A stretch of DNA of 64,000 bases from positions 10,513 to 74,512 of the forward strand of contig JBFXJJ010000007.1 of assembly GCA_050175015.1 (NCBI GenBank), written 5' to 3'. A model generated the notes under the pieces. That model saw nothing but the letters and a program-made list of their open reading frames with translations, was not told where the DNA came from and searched no databases. A program made the position numbers and the translations under genes. This document shows positions 17,289 through 27,300 of the stretch, one piece after another (the first letter of the stretch is position 1; every line of letters begins with the position of its first letter). Source of the stretch: Alphaproteobacteria bacterium (lineage in GTDB: Bacteria; Pseudomonadota; Alphaproteobacteria; JBFXJJ01).

Positions 17289-20200
17289 TTAAATCAAAGA
17301 AATAATTTTTTTCGCTAAATCGGTTGTATTGGGAGGCGAAAGCATACTTGAATGGTTTCCAGGAACATCAAAAACAGTTACGCCGTCATTAGTGTACTCA
17401 TTCCAAGCTTCACTTGGGCTTTGATCATTAAATTCATCTTTGATTGCAGCTTTCATAAAGTTAATTTTGAGATTGCTTTTTCTTGGAAAATAATTTTCCA
17501 TAGCGTTATGATTAGCAAGCAGAACCTTAATGCGTTTTTTTAATTCCTGCATAGTTATGTTCTTATATCCACTATGACTATTTTTTATTTCATTTAGGAC
17601 ATACTCAAAACAAGCATCTTCATCAAGATTTTCCATATTTTTTTGATGTTTTGCAAAATTTTTGCCAATATCATCAAGATCTAAAAGATAGGCAAACAAA
17701 TCTTTATTGCTTCTTATCTTATAGTGCTTATATTGAGGAGCTGGAGTATCGAGCATAATAACAGGATTAAAGCTAAGACCTTTTTCTTGCATTCTAAGAG
17801 CCATTTCATAGGCGACATAGCCCCCGAAAGAATAGCCAATCAGAGTTATAGGCTGCTCGTTTCTATATTGCTCTATAGCTTCAAGATAGTAATCAGCCAT
17901 TTTTTCGATACTGTCTAAAGCATCATCATCATTCCACAAACCTTTTGATGATATTCCATAAGACGGGTAGGTGCTTTCCATCGCATTAATTAAATCCCTA
18001 AAAACAAAAGCGCCGCCACCGATAGCGTGAACAAAGAAGAGTTTTGGTTCCGTTTTTTGTCCTTGGCAAAACTGAGTTACAATCGAGGTTTCTTTTTCGT
18101 CGTCATTATTATTATCTAATGCGGCATCTTTTTTATCATTCTTGAAAGCGGCGGCAATTTTATTAGGGGTTCCTTGAATATTGATATAACTAGTTGGAAT
18201 TTTTATGCCATAAGTTCTTTTTAAAAGATTATTTAATTGAACCGAAGATAAGGAATCTCCACCTATTTGGAAAAAATCATCATTTAAGCCAACATTGTTA
18301 ATACCCAAAACTTTAGCCATTGCCTCAGCAATAACGGTTGCTTCTTGCCCTATGGATATAGCTTTTTTGGCAGTTTTGTTTTCTTCAGTATTTTTTATTG
18401 GTGTCTCGGTTTTTTTATTATCAATAAAGAAGTATTTGCGATCGAATTGATAAGTTGGAAGAGATATTCTTCCTAAATTTCGCCCTTCATATAATTTTTC
18501 CCAGTTTAAGTTAAGCCCTTTTTCCCAGAGCTGTCCTAGAGCTTCTAGAAAATCATAATACTCGCCTTTGCCTTGTTTTTTTATAACTGGGACAGCATAA
18601 CAAGGATTTTTTAATTCATTTCTTAAAGCTAGCGAGCTTAAAACTCTAGCGGGACCAACTTCAATCAGTAGGCAGGCTTTTTCTGAAGCAAGGGTTTTAA
18701 TGCCTTCAGCAAAACGCACAGGGTTTCTAATTTGTGCCGCCCAGTATTCTGGAGAAGATGCTTCGCTATCAGTTAAAAATTTACCGTTTAGGTTAGAGAT
18801 AATAGGAATCTTTATGGAACCTGTTTGAACTTTGGCTAAAGCTTCGGTAAAAGGTTTTAACGCAGGATCCATTATAAAGGAGTGGAAAGCTTTAGAATTT
18901 GGTATTTCTGAACATCTTATTTCTTTAGAAACTAAAAGATTTTTTAAGGTATCAATCGCATCATCGGTTCCGGCAACAACACTCTGATTAGAAGCGTTGA
19001 TAGCAGCAAGATTAAGCTTAGAATTCAGATATGGCAGCACATCGTTCTCAGGAAGAGAGATGGCAAGCATTTTACCTTGAGCGCATTCATTCATTAACCT
19101 GCCACGAAGAATGACCATATTTAAAGCATCTTCCAAAGAAAAGACATCGGCTAAGCAGGCGGCTACCCATTGCCCAATGCTGTGTCCAATCATTGCTTGC
19201 GGGATAATTCCAAGCGACATCAGATATTTCGCTAGGGCATACTCTATCGCGAATAATGCGGGTTGAGCATATGATGTCGATGACAGATGTTCTTCTGAGC
19301 TTTCTTCAAAGATGACATCTTTAAGACTTACAGGCAATAACGGTTCAGCTATTTTAAAACATAAATCCAAAGTGTCTCTAAAGTATGGAACTTTATTATA
19401 AAGTTCTTTCATCATACCTTTATATTGGGCGCCTTGTCCTGTGAACATAAAGATAGGTTTAAGGTCTTCTGGCGTTTTTTCAGTATTAGGATTTATCTCA
19501 AAATAAGAGATAATATCTTCGGGGCTAACCCCTACCGCAGCTTTTCTGAAATCAAAGTGTTTTCTGCCTATCGCAGTGGTATAAGCGGCATTATCTAAAT
19601 TTAAACTAGGATTGGCTTTTAAAAATTTTATGAAACTATCGGTTTGTTTTAAAGCCGAAATTTCAGTCTTGCCACTTATAAGGAGCAGGTTTGGAGTGCC
19701 ATCTTGTTTGAGATCGTCGTTTTTAGGTTTGGGAGCTTCTTCTAAAATTATAAAAGCGTTGGTTCCTCCAATGCCGAAAGAACTTACGCAAGCTCGCTTA
19801 GAATGATTTGGGCTTTTTAACTCAATACACTCCTTCGGAAAAGCAAGATGAGTTTTTTCAACACCTAGGGAAGGAATAGGCTTTTCGAAACCATAGTTAG
19901 GAGGAATAAGGCTTTTTTCCATAACTTTGACGGCTTTTATAAATCCAGCTACCCCTGCGGCACTGTCTAAATGCCCTATACTGGTTTTTATGGTTCCTAA
20001 ATAGCATTGCTCCTTACGGTTTTTGCCATCTAAAGTTTCTTTTAATGCCGTAAATTCTATGGGGTCTCCTAGCGCTGTTCCTGTTCCATGGGTTTCCACA
20101 TAATTAATCGTTTCTGGTTCGTAGCCAGCTTTATTAAGAGCTAAGGAAATAACTTGCTTTTGTCCTTCAATAGACGGGGCAGAAAAACCTATTTTTTCAC

Positions 20201-23200
20201 AGCCGTCGTTATTAATGGCAGAACCTTTTACGACAGCATAAATATGGTCATTGTCACGAAGAGCGGCATCTAGTTTTTTTAGAACTACAATGCCTGAACC
20301 GTTGCCCACGACTGTTCCATCGGCCTTTTCATCAAAAGCTAGACATCTTCCTGTTTTTGATGAAATCGACCCTTCTTCATAAATGTAACCCTCAACTTGT
20401 CTGGCATTAACTCTAACACCACCAGCAAGAGCGATGTCGCACTCATTGTTGATTAAGGCAGAGACGGCGGAGTGAATTGTAACTAGTGAGGTTGAACAAC
20501 CTGTATTGATGTTAACGGCGGGACCTTTTAGATTTAACTTATAAGCAATTCTAGTTGTTAGAAAATCACCAGAAGAGTTAATCAATATCTGGAAATCATC
20601 AATGTTTTCTTTGAAATCTTCATTCCCATAGATATTTTTTAAAAAGTAGCTGTTAAATCCAGAACCCGCATAAATACCTATTAATCCTTGAAAAGTTTCA
20701 GGATTATATCCCGCATCTTCTAACGCCAGCCACGATGTTTCCATAAGAATACGGTGTTGAGGATCCAAGGTTAAAGCATCTTTGGGGCTAATATTAAAGA
20801 AATCCGCATCAAAAAATTCAAAGTCATCTAAAACACCGTTGGCAGGAACATAGTCTTCATCATTTATTAATTCGGGATCATTACCAGCTTGCAGCAACTC
20901 TTCTTTAGTAAAATGGGATATACAATTTTTCCCATCTAATAAATTCTGCCATAACTCATCGATATTTTTTGCTTTAGGAAATCTTCCAGCCATACCAATA
21001 ACCGCAATATCTGATGTGTTGCTGGCGCTGTGCCGATTAAAGTTAGCTGCTTTTTCTTCCCCGCCTAAGAATGAGGCAAGTTTGGCAATGGTTGGATAGC
21101 GGAATAAATCTAGTATCTCAACTTTTTTGCCTGTTTTTTCTAATATAAGATTGCTTATTTTCGCCATCATTAAAGAATGACCGCCTAAATCAAAGAAATT
21201 GTCATTTGATGAAAAGCTTTTGTTTCCTAAAAGGCTTTTCCAAATTTCAGCAATAATTTGTTCTAGTTGATTTAAAGGTTTGGTCTGATTTTGATTATAA
21301 TTATAATTAAGAGATAATTTAAGAGCTTTGTAGTCAATTTTATTATTTGAGGTCAAAGGAATTTTTTTAATAAGCTCTATTTGTGAAGGAATCATATAAC
21401 TTGGAAGTTTATCAGATAAAAAGTCTTTGAAATCTGCGGAATTAAGGTTTTGGTTTTGACATTCAACCCAAGCTGCTAAGAATTTATTATTGTTTTCATT
21501 AATGACTTTTACGGCAGCCGCAGAAACCTCTTTGTGTTGATTTAAAACCGCTTCAATTTCTCCGATTTCAATTCTAAAGCCTCTAATTTTTACTTGATTA
21601 TCTGTGCGGCCAACGAATTGAAGCTCGCCCTTATTATCATAGCGGACTAAGTCGCCTGTTTTATAAATTCTTATGGCATCAGTTTGTTTTGGGTCTTTGA
21701 GATAAGTTTGCGGCGACCAATAGCAAAAGCGTTCTTCATTAAGTTTTTCGTTTCCTAAATATTTAAGAGCCAGAGAATCTCCGCCAAGATAAAGTTCGCC
21801 GATACCTCCGATTGGAACAGGCTGTAAAAAATTGTTTAAGATATAACAGCTAACATTTGATATAGGTTTTCCTATACTCGGAATGCCATCTTTGCCTTTT
21901 TCTAGCTTTTTATAAGAACTAACAACGGTGTTTTCTGACGGACCATAAAGATTGTAGCATTCAAAAGGTGTCGTTTCTAAGGAAGAAGATGTTACGGCTT
22001 CACCACCAAAGAACAGGCACTTAAGGGGAGTATCTTTTTCCCACTCCATATTATAGAGTTGCTCTGCAATTACTGAAGTTGCGAGCATATAGTTTATTTG
22101 ATTGGTATTAATCCAGCTTTTAAGTTTTTCATAATCCAGAATAAGATTGTTGGGCAGAAAGGTTAAAAACAAGCCTTTGGAAAGATTGCCCCATATTTCT
22201 AAAATAGAGGCATCAAACATCAAATTAGAACATTGGGCGACGTTATTTTTGCCTTCGATGATGATGTTATCCAGCATAAGCTCTAATGCGGCAAAGCCTT
22301 TTGATGAAACTAAAACGCCTTTAGGTTTACCAGTGGAACCAGAGGTATATATAACATAAGCTGGGTCAATTTCTGATGGCAGATTATCTTGCCATAAGGA
22401 ATATTTTTCTAAATCTTCATTTTTTAAAACGATTTTGGTAATACTGCTTGAAATTAGTTCATCATATTCAGATGATATTTTGGTGCTGGAGATAATAAAT
22501 TTGGCATCGGAGTCATCAAGAATATATTTAAAGCGTTTAGTCGGTGTGCTTGGTACCGTTGGCACGTAGGCTCCACCAGCTATCATTGTTCCCAGCATAG
22601 CGATAATAGTATCAACCGATTTTTCCATAAAGATAATAACGTTATCGCCTTTATTCAGCCCCTTGGCTTTTAAAAGAGATGCTAGTTTTTGGGCGCTTTG
22701 AGAAAACTCTTCATAAGTTATGGTTTTTTCATCATCTCTTAGCGCCAGAGCTTTAGGGGTCTTGTTGGCAGCATCAAGAATATACTGAGCTATAGAACGT
22801 GGTTTTAAGTCTTCTTTTTTGCCTTGCCATTGATTAATAAGAATGTCGTGCATTCTAGGCGATATGCCGTTTAAATTGCTAATGGTAATATCAAAATTTT
22901 CAGCAACGGTTTTTAATATATGAGAGAAAGAATCAACTAAATTTTTTATTGTTTCTTCACTGTAGAGTTTAGAGACATATTCGACAAAGGCTACAATTTG
23001 GTTGTTGAACTCTTCAAAATAAAAAGTTAAGTCCTGTTTTGATACTTTAGAGTCATATTCAACAAAGCTGTAGTCATAGTTGCCAAATTTGCTACTGGTA
23101 ATTGGCGGCATAAAATTGATTGTATTTTGAAAAAGCGGCGAAAGGCTTAGATTTCTTTCAATATCAAGTTTGGATACCAGATATTCAAAAGGCATTTCGG

Positions 23201-24329
23201 CGTGGCTTAAAATTTCGCCCATTTGTTTTGAGACTAATGATACTAGTTCTTTAAAAGTAAAAGATGGCTCAAGCTTGATTCTAAAGGGGAGAACATTTAC
23301 AAACATACCAATTAAATTGTGTAATTCTGGCTTGTTTCTGCCTGCGATAGGAAGTCCTACAACAATATCATTTTGATTGGTATAATTATACATTAGCACA
23401 GAATAGATGCTGAAAAACAACGTGTTGAGGCTTATCTTCTGGGTTTTTACCAGTTGTTTTATTTTTGAAGAAAGTTCTTCATCAAAAGGAATTTTTAGGC
23501 TTTTGCCATCAAAAGATTGTTCTGATGGTCTTGTAAAATCTGAAGGAAACGTGCTTATTGGTGGAAAGTCTTTTAAATAGGTTTTCCAGAAAGAAAGTTC
23601 GTTTTCTATAGCATCGCCTGTTAAATATTTACGATTTGAAACGGCAAAATCTTCATATTGAATTGCGAGCGGTTCCAGTTCTTTATCATCATTTTTTAGA
23701 TAAAAGCCAATTTCATCAATTAAAACCCCAATAGACCAACCGTCAGCGATAATATGATGAATTAAAATTCCCAAAATGGTTTTTTCGGCACTTATGTGAC
23801 ATAGACAGCAGCGCATAAGAGGCGTTTTTGCTAAATCAAAATTATATTCCGACAATGAAGATAAAACTTTTTTTGCTTCTTCTAAGGGGTTCGAAGAGGC
23901 AGAAAAATCGTAGGTCTCAAAAGGTATTTCAACATTTTGTTCAATGTTTAGATAGGCGGTTCCATCATTTTCAACAAAAGATGTTCTAAGACTGTTATGG
24001 CGTTTTACAACTTTTGAAACCGCTTTCTTTAAGTCATCTTCTGCAACATAGCCTTTAATATCTAGGGCTTGAAAAACATTAAAAATATTTCCTGTAGGAA
24101 TCATTTTATCTAATAAAAACAAACGTTGCTGTGAGAAAGATAACGGCTTTTGGGCATTGGTACTATCTTCAGTTTTTAAATGCGCAATAAGTTCAGACTT
24201 ATATTTTTTTATCTCGGTTTTTAGGTCAGATGTCATAAGCCCTGTTGGCGCCCGATAATGAAGATTACTGCCATTTAAGGTAAGGGTAATATTGGAAGAT
24301 TTCAATTTGTTTAATAAAGACGCAATCAT
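17289..24329 (-). CDS. Hybrid NRPS-PKS (terminal): TubC_N-C-A-PCP-KS-AT-ACP-TE
   Basis: N-terminal docking LLNKLKSSNITLTLNGSNLHYRAP; C HHIIADGWS; A YTSGSTGKPKG/YGPSE/YKTGD; PCP LGGHSL; KS NTGCSTS, HGTGT, IGHL; AT GHSIG, KAFHS; ACP GGDSL; TE GYSFGG, GNH. The ATG 24329 overlaps the upstream TAA (TAATG). Confidence 0.95.
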   Translation of the reverse strand: MIASLLNKLKSSNITLTLNGSNLHYRAPTGLMTSDLKTEIKKYKSELIAHLKTEDSTNAQKPLSFSQQRLFLLDKMIPTGNIFNVFQALDIKGYVAEDDLKKAVSKVVKRHNSLRTSFVENDGTAYLNIEQNVEIPFETYDFSASSNPLEEAKKVLSSLSEYNFDLAKTPLMRCCLCHISAEKTILGILIHHIIADGWSIGVLIDEIGFYLKNDDKELEPLAIQYEDFAVSNRKYLTGDAIENELSFWKTYLKDFPPISTFPSDFTRPSEQSFDGKSLKIPFDEELSSKIKQLVKTQKISLNTLFFSIYSVLMYNYTNQNDIVVGLPIAGRNKPELHNLIGMFVNVLPFRIKLEPSFTFKELVSLVSKQMGEILSHAEMPFEYLVSKLDIERNLSLSPLFQNTINFMPPITSSKFGNYDYSFVEYDSKVSKQDLTFYFEEFNNQIVAFVEYVSKLYSEETIKNLVDSFSHILKTVAENFDITISNLNGISPRMHDILINQWQGKKEDLKPRSIAQYILDAANKTPKALALRDDEKTITYEEFSQSAQKLASLLKAKGLNKGDNVIIFMEKSVDTIIAMLGTMIAGGAYVPTVPSTPTKRFKYILDDSDAKFIISSTKISSEYDELISSSITKIVLKNEDLEKYSLWQDNLPSEIDPAYVIYTSGSTGKPKGVLVSSKGFAALELMLDNIIIEGKNNVAQCSNLMFDASILEIWGNLSKGLFLTFLPNNLILDYEKLKSWINTNQINYMLATSVIAEQLYNMEWEKDTPLKCLFFGGEAVTSSSLETTPFECYNLYGPSENTVVSSYKKLEKGKDGIPSIGKPISNVSCYILNNFLQPVPIGGIGELYLGGDSLALKYLGNEKLNEERFCYWSPQTYLKDPKQTDAIRIYKTGDLVRYDNKGELQFVGRTDNQVKIRGFRIEIGEIEAVLNQHKEVSAAAVKVINENNNKFLAAWVECQNQNLNSADFKDFLSDKLPSYMIPSQIELIKKIPLTSNNKIDYKALKLSLNYNYNQNQTKPLNQLEQIIAEIWKSLLGNKSFSSNDNFFDLGGHSLMMAKISNLILEKTGKKVEILDLFRYPTIAKLASFLGGEEKAANFNRHSASNTSDIAVIGMAGRFPKAKNIDELWQNLLDGKNCISHFTKEELLQAGNDPELINDEDYVPANGVLDDFEFFDADFFNISPKDALTLDPQHRILMETSWLALEDAGYNPETFQGLIGIYAGSGFNSYFLKNIYGNEDFKENIDDFQILINSSGDFLTTRIAYKLNLKGPAVNINTGCSTSLVTIHSAVSALINNECDIALAGGVRVNARQVEGYIYEEGSISSKTGRCLAFDEKADGTVVGNGSGIVVLKKLDAALRDNDHIYAVVKGSAINNDGCEKIGFSAPSIEGQKQVISLALNKAGYEPETINYVETHGTGTALGDPIEFTALKETLDGKNRKEQCYLGTIKTSIGHLDSAAGVAGFIKAVKVMEKSLIPPNYGFEKPIPSLGVEKTHLAFPKECIELKSPNHSKRACVSSFGIGGTNAFIILEEAPKPKNDDLKQDGTPNLLLISGKTEISALKQTDSFIKFLKANPSLNLDNAAYTTAIGRKHFDFRKAAVGVSPEDIISYFEINPNTEKTPEDLKPIFMFTGQGAQYKGMMKELYNKVPYFRDTLDLCFKIAEPLLPVSLKDVIFEESSEEHLSSTSYAQPALFAIEYALAKYLMSLGIIPQAMIGHSIGQWVAACLADVFSLEDALNMVILRGRLMNECAQGKMLAISLPENDVLPYLNSKLNLAAINASNQSVVAGTDDAIDTLKNLLVSKEIRCSEIPNSKAFHSFIMDPALKPFTEALAKVQTGSIKIPIISNLNGKFLTDSEASSPEYWAAQIRNPVRFAEGIKTLASEKACLLIEVGPARVLSSLALRNELKNPCYAVPVIKKQGKGEYYDFLEALGQLWEKGLNLNWEKLYEGRNLGRISLPTYQFDRKYFFIDNKKTETPIKNTEENKTAKKAISIGQEATVIAEAMAKVLGINNVGLNDDFFQIGGDSLSSVQLNNLLKRTYGIKIPTSYINIQGTPNKIAAAFKNDKKDAALDNNNDDEKETSIVTQFCQGQKTEPKLFFVHAIGGGAFVFRDLINAMESTYPSYGISSKGLWNDDDALDSIEKMADYYLEAIEQYRNEQPITLIGYSFGGYVAYEMALRMQEKGLSFNPVIMLDTPAPQYKHYKIRSNKDLFAYLLDLDDIGKNFAKHQKNMENLDEDACFEYVLNEIKNSHSGYKNITMQELKKRIKVLLANHNAMENYFPRKSNLKINFMKAAIKDEFNDQSPSEAWNEYTNDGVTVFDVPGNHSSMLSPPNTTDLAKKIISLI

Positions 24330-27300
24330 TATATTTCCCCTTCTTCCCATTCTGGTTCCGTTTTTTTCTGAGGTGTTTTCAAGGCTAGATATTTAGATAA
24401 TTCTTCAACCGTTGGCGAGGCAAAGAAACGGTCAAGTGAAATATCAACCCCTGTTTTATCTTTAACTTTAGATGCAATTTGAAGAGCAAGGAAGGAATCA
24501 ACTCCCAAATCAAAAATGTTTTTCTTAGGGTCAATATCAGTTATTTCCATAAGTTCACTAATAATATTAGTTAAAATTTCCTGCGGTGATAATGAAACAG
24601 GGGCATCATCTTTTGTTTTTTGTTCTTCAGTTTTTGGTTTTTCCAATGTTTCAATATCATTCGTCGATATAAAAACATAAGGTTTATCAAATGCAAGAGA
24701 GCGTTCTATAATCTCAGGTATTTCCGAAGGTTTAATGGCAGATTTTTTAAATTCCTCAATATCGATTATGGTTTTCTTCTTGCCAAAATATTTTTCCAGC
24801 TCTTTGTTGATTCCATTTTTGTTAAGCAGAACATAATTTTTAATATCTGCTATTTTCTCACCATTATTGGTCGTTATTATGATATCAAAAATAACTTTTT
24901 CTTCATCATCTTCAGAAGAAACTAATTTGCAGTAACTATAAATTTCATCTTTTATGTTTTGATAAATAGTAATTTCACCAAATTTGAAAGGAATAAAATC
25001 ACTGGTGTTACTCGTTTGCGACAAATAAAATGCCGTTGCAATGTCTGTCAGGCTTGGATAAAAAGAATGATCTTCAAAATCATTTTGCAAATTTTCACTA
25101 AGACTTAACTTTATTAACGCTTCGTTATCGCCGCACCACAATCTTTTATCAAACTGCCAGTGTTTACCAGCTTCTATTTTAAAATCGGCATTTCCATTAG
25201 TTTCAAAATCAGGTGAAGAATCAGAGATAGGTGTCTCTTTCATATTGGCTTGTAGCACAGAAATATCTAATGGTTCTGGCGCTTTTCCTTCGTTATTTTC
25301 AACAAATAGCCCCGATAAATGCTCGATTTCTTTATCTTTTTTATTACTGGTTATGGCAAATTCAAAAAAATCTTCTTTAGGGTTTGTATAAAGATTTACC
25401 TTTACTTTTTCGTGCGGTTTGGCGCTTAAACGGCGGGATAAAATTACATCTTTAAAAGTAATGATATGCTCTTTTTTCAATACATTGGCAGCAAAATCAA
25501 TATAACCTGTTGCGGGCATTGTGGGCTGGCCATTTAAAATATGCTCTCCTAAAACCCAGTTTTCTTCTGGAGATGTTTCAATACTAAATATTTTTCTAGC
25601 ATTTGGATTAAGTCCATTAACAGCTTTAGCAGCGATTCCGTTATTGGCAATAAAATCCCAAGCAATGCTAACTACAGGGAAGCCATCTTTGTTGTTGTAT
25701 TCAGTAGCAAAAGCATCAAGATAAGCATTGGCAGCAGAATATGAAGAATGACCTTTCTCGCCAAAGTTTCCAGAAGTAGAGGAGCATAAAAGTATAAATT
25801 TAGGATTGCAATTTTTGACTTTGTTATAAATTGTATTGGTCGCAGTTATTTTGGGCGACATAATTTTAAAAGCGTGTTCTTTGCTTAAAGATGCAATCAT
25901 TTCGTTATCAGCAGTTCCCACGCAATGGAAAATGCCATCGATTTTTCCTAAAAATGTGCTGGCTTCATTGATGCTGTTTTGCAAGACGGCATCATCATTT
26001 ATATCGCAGGCAAGACTCAACTTTTTGCCTGAATGTTTTACAAGATTTTTCATTCTTATATCATTATCTTGAAGCTTGCTGCGGGATATAAGGACAAGAT
26101 TAGCATTATAGTTTTGTGCAAGATACTCAGAAACCTTTGCTCCGATGCCACCAGAAGCGCCAAAAACAATATAGTTTCCTCCTTTGGTTAGAAGGTGCGT
26201 TCTGGTCAGTTTAGATTGGCTGGGATTTATTTCAGGAACAAGTTTGTATTTTCGCAATGCAATAATTTCATAAATTTTAGACGTTAAAGATAAGGTCAAA
26301 ATTTCAGGAGAAAGCTCTGAAATATCAAGGCAGCGGCATTTGATATTGGAATATTCTTTATTAATGGTTTTAACTACCCCAAGAATAATGCTTTTAAGGG
26401 GTGAGGTTACTTCATTTTCAGTTTTAAGCATATTTTTAGTTATGACACTAATAATTATGGGGGTATCGTTTAAAGCTGCAATTCTCGCAAGGGATATAAT
26501 GTTTCCAAAGTAACTTTCATAGCCTTCATTAAGAGTGTCAAAATCTTCTAAAGCATCTAGGTAAATTATGTTTTTGGTATTTTTGGTTTTCAAAATAGAT
26601 GCTAGTTCTTCTTTATTGAAATTGGAAATCTCATAACAATCTATATTCAACTTTTGCAATAAATTTAGGACATCATTTTGAATGCTTGTTTTGCGGTATA
26701 AAATTAAGCTTCCTGCAATGTCGGATTCACTATAGCTAAAATCATCTTCAAGTAGTTTCCAAGTTTTGGAATAGAACCAGTTTTCTAATGGTTTTCTAGT
26801 GTCATTGCTGGTTTTAGGAGCATCGATCCAGCATTTGGTCTTAACAAAAGCATAAGTTGGAAGCGATATGCGTTGGCATTTTTTGTTTTCAAACAGCTCG
26901 TTTCCAAAAGATGATTCGCCTTTTTGCCAGTTTAACAGCGTTGTTTTTAATTGGTCTTCAACAGCAGGGCAGACAATATCAATACTGCTTTTTTGCTTCA
27001 AGTTCTTGATAACTTCGTCACGTGAAGAACCTACAAAAACTTTTCTAAAACGGCATTCCTTGCGTCCCATAGCTAATGTGAAAAAAAGATCTGAGTTATT
27101 AAGACTGGTGTTCTGGCTTAAAAAATCGGCGAAGGTTTCAATCGAACTTTCTAAAGAATTTTGGGTTTCGGCAGAAAGAGGAACAACCCAGAAGTCATCA
27201 TTTTTCTCAGAAGTTTCTAACGAAACAAATTCTTCTAAAACGATATGAGCATTTGTTCCGCCCATACCAAAGGAACTTACTCCCGCATATCTCTTATCTT

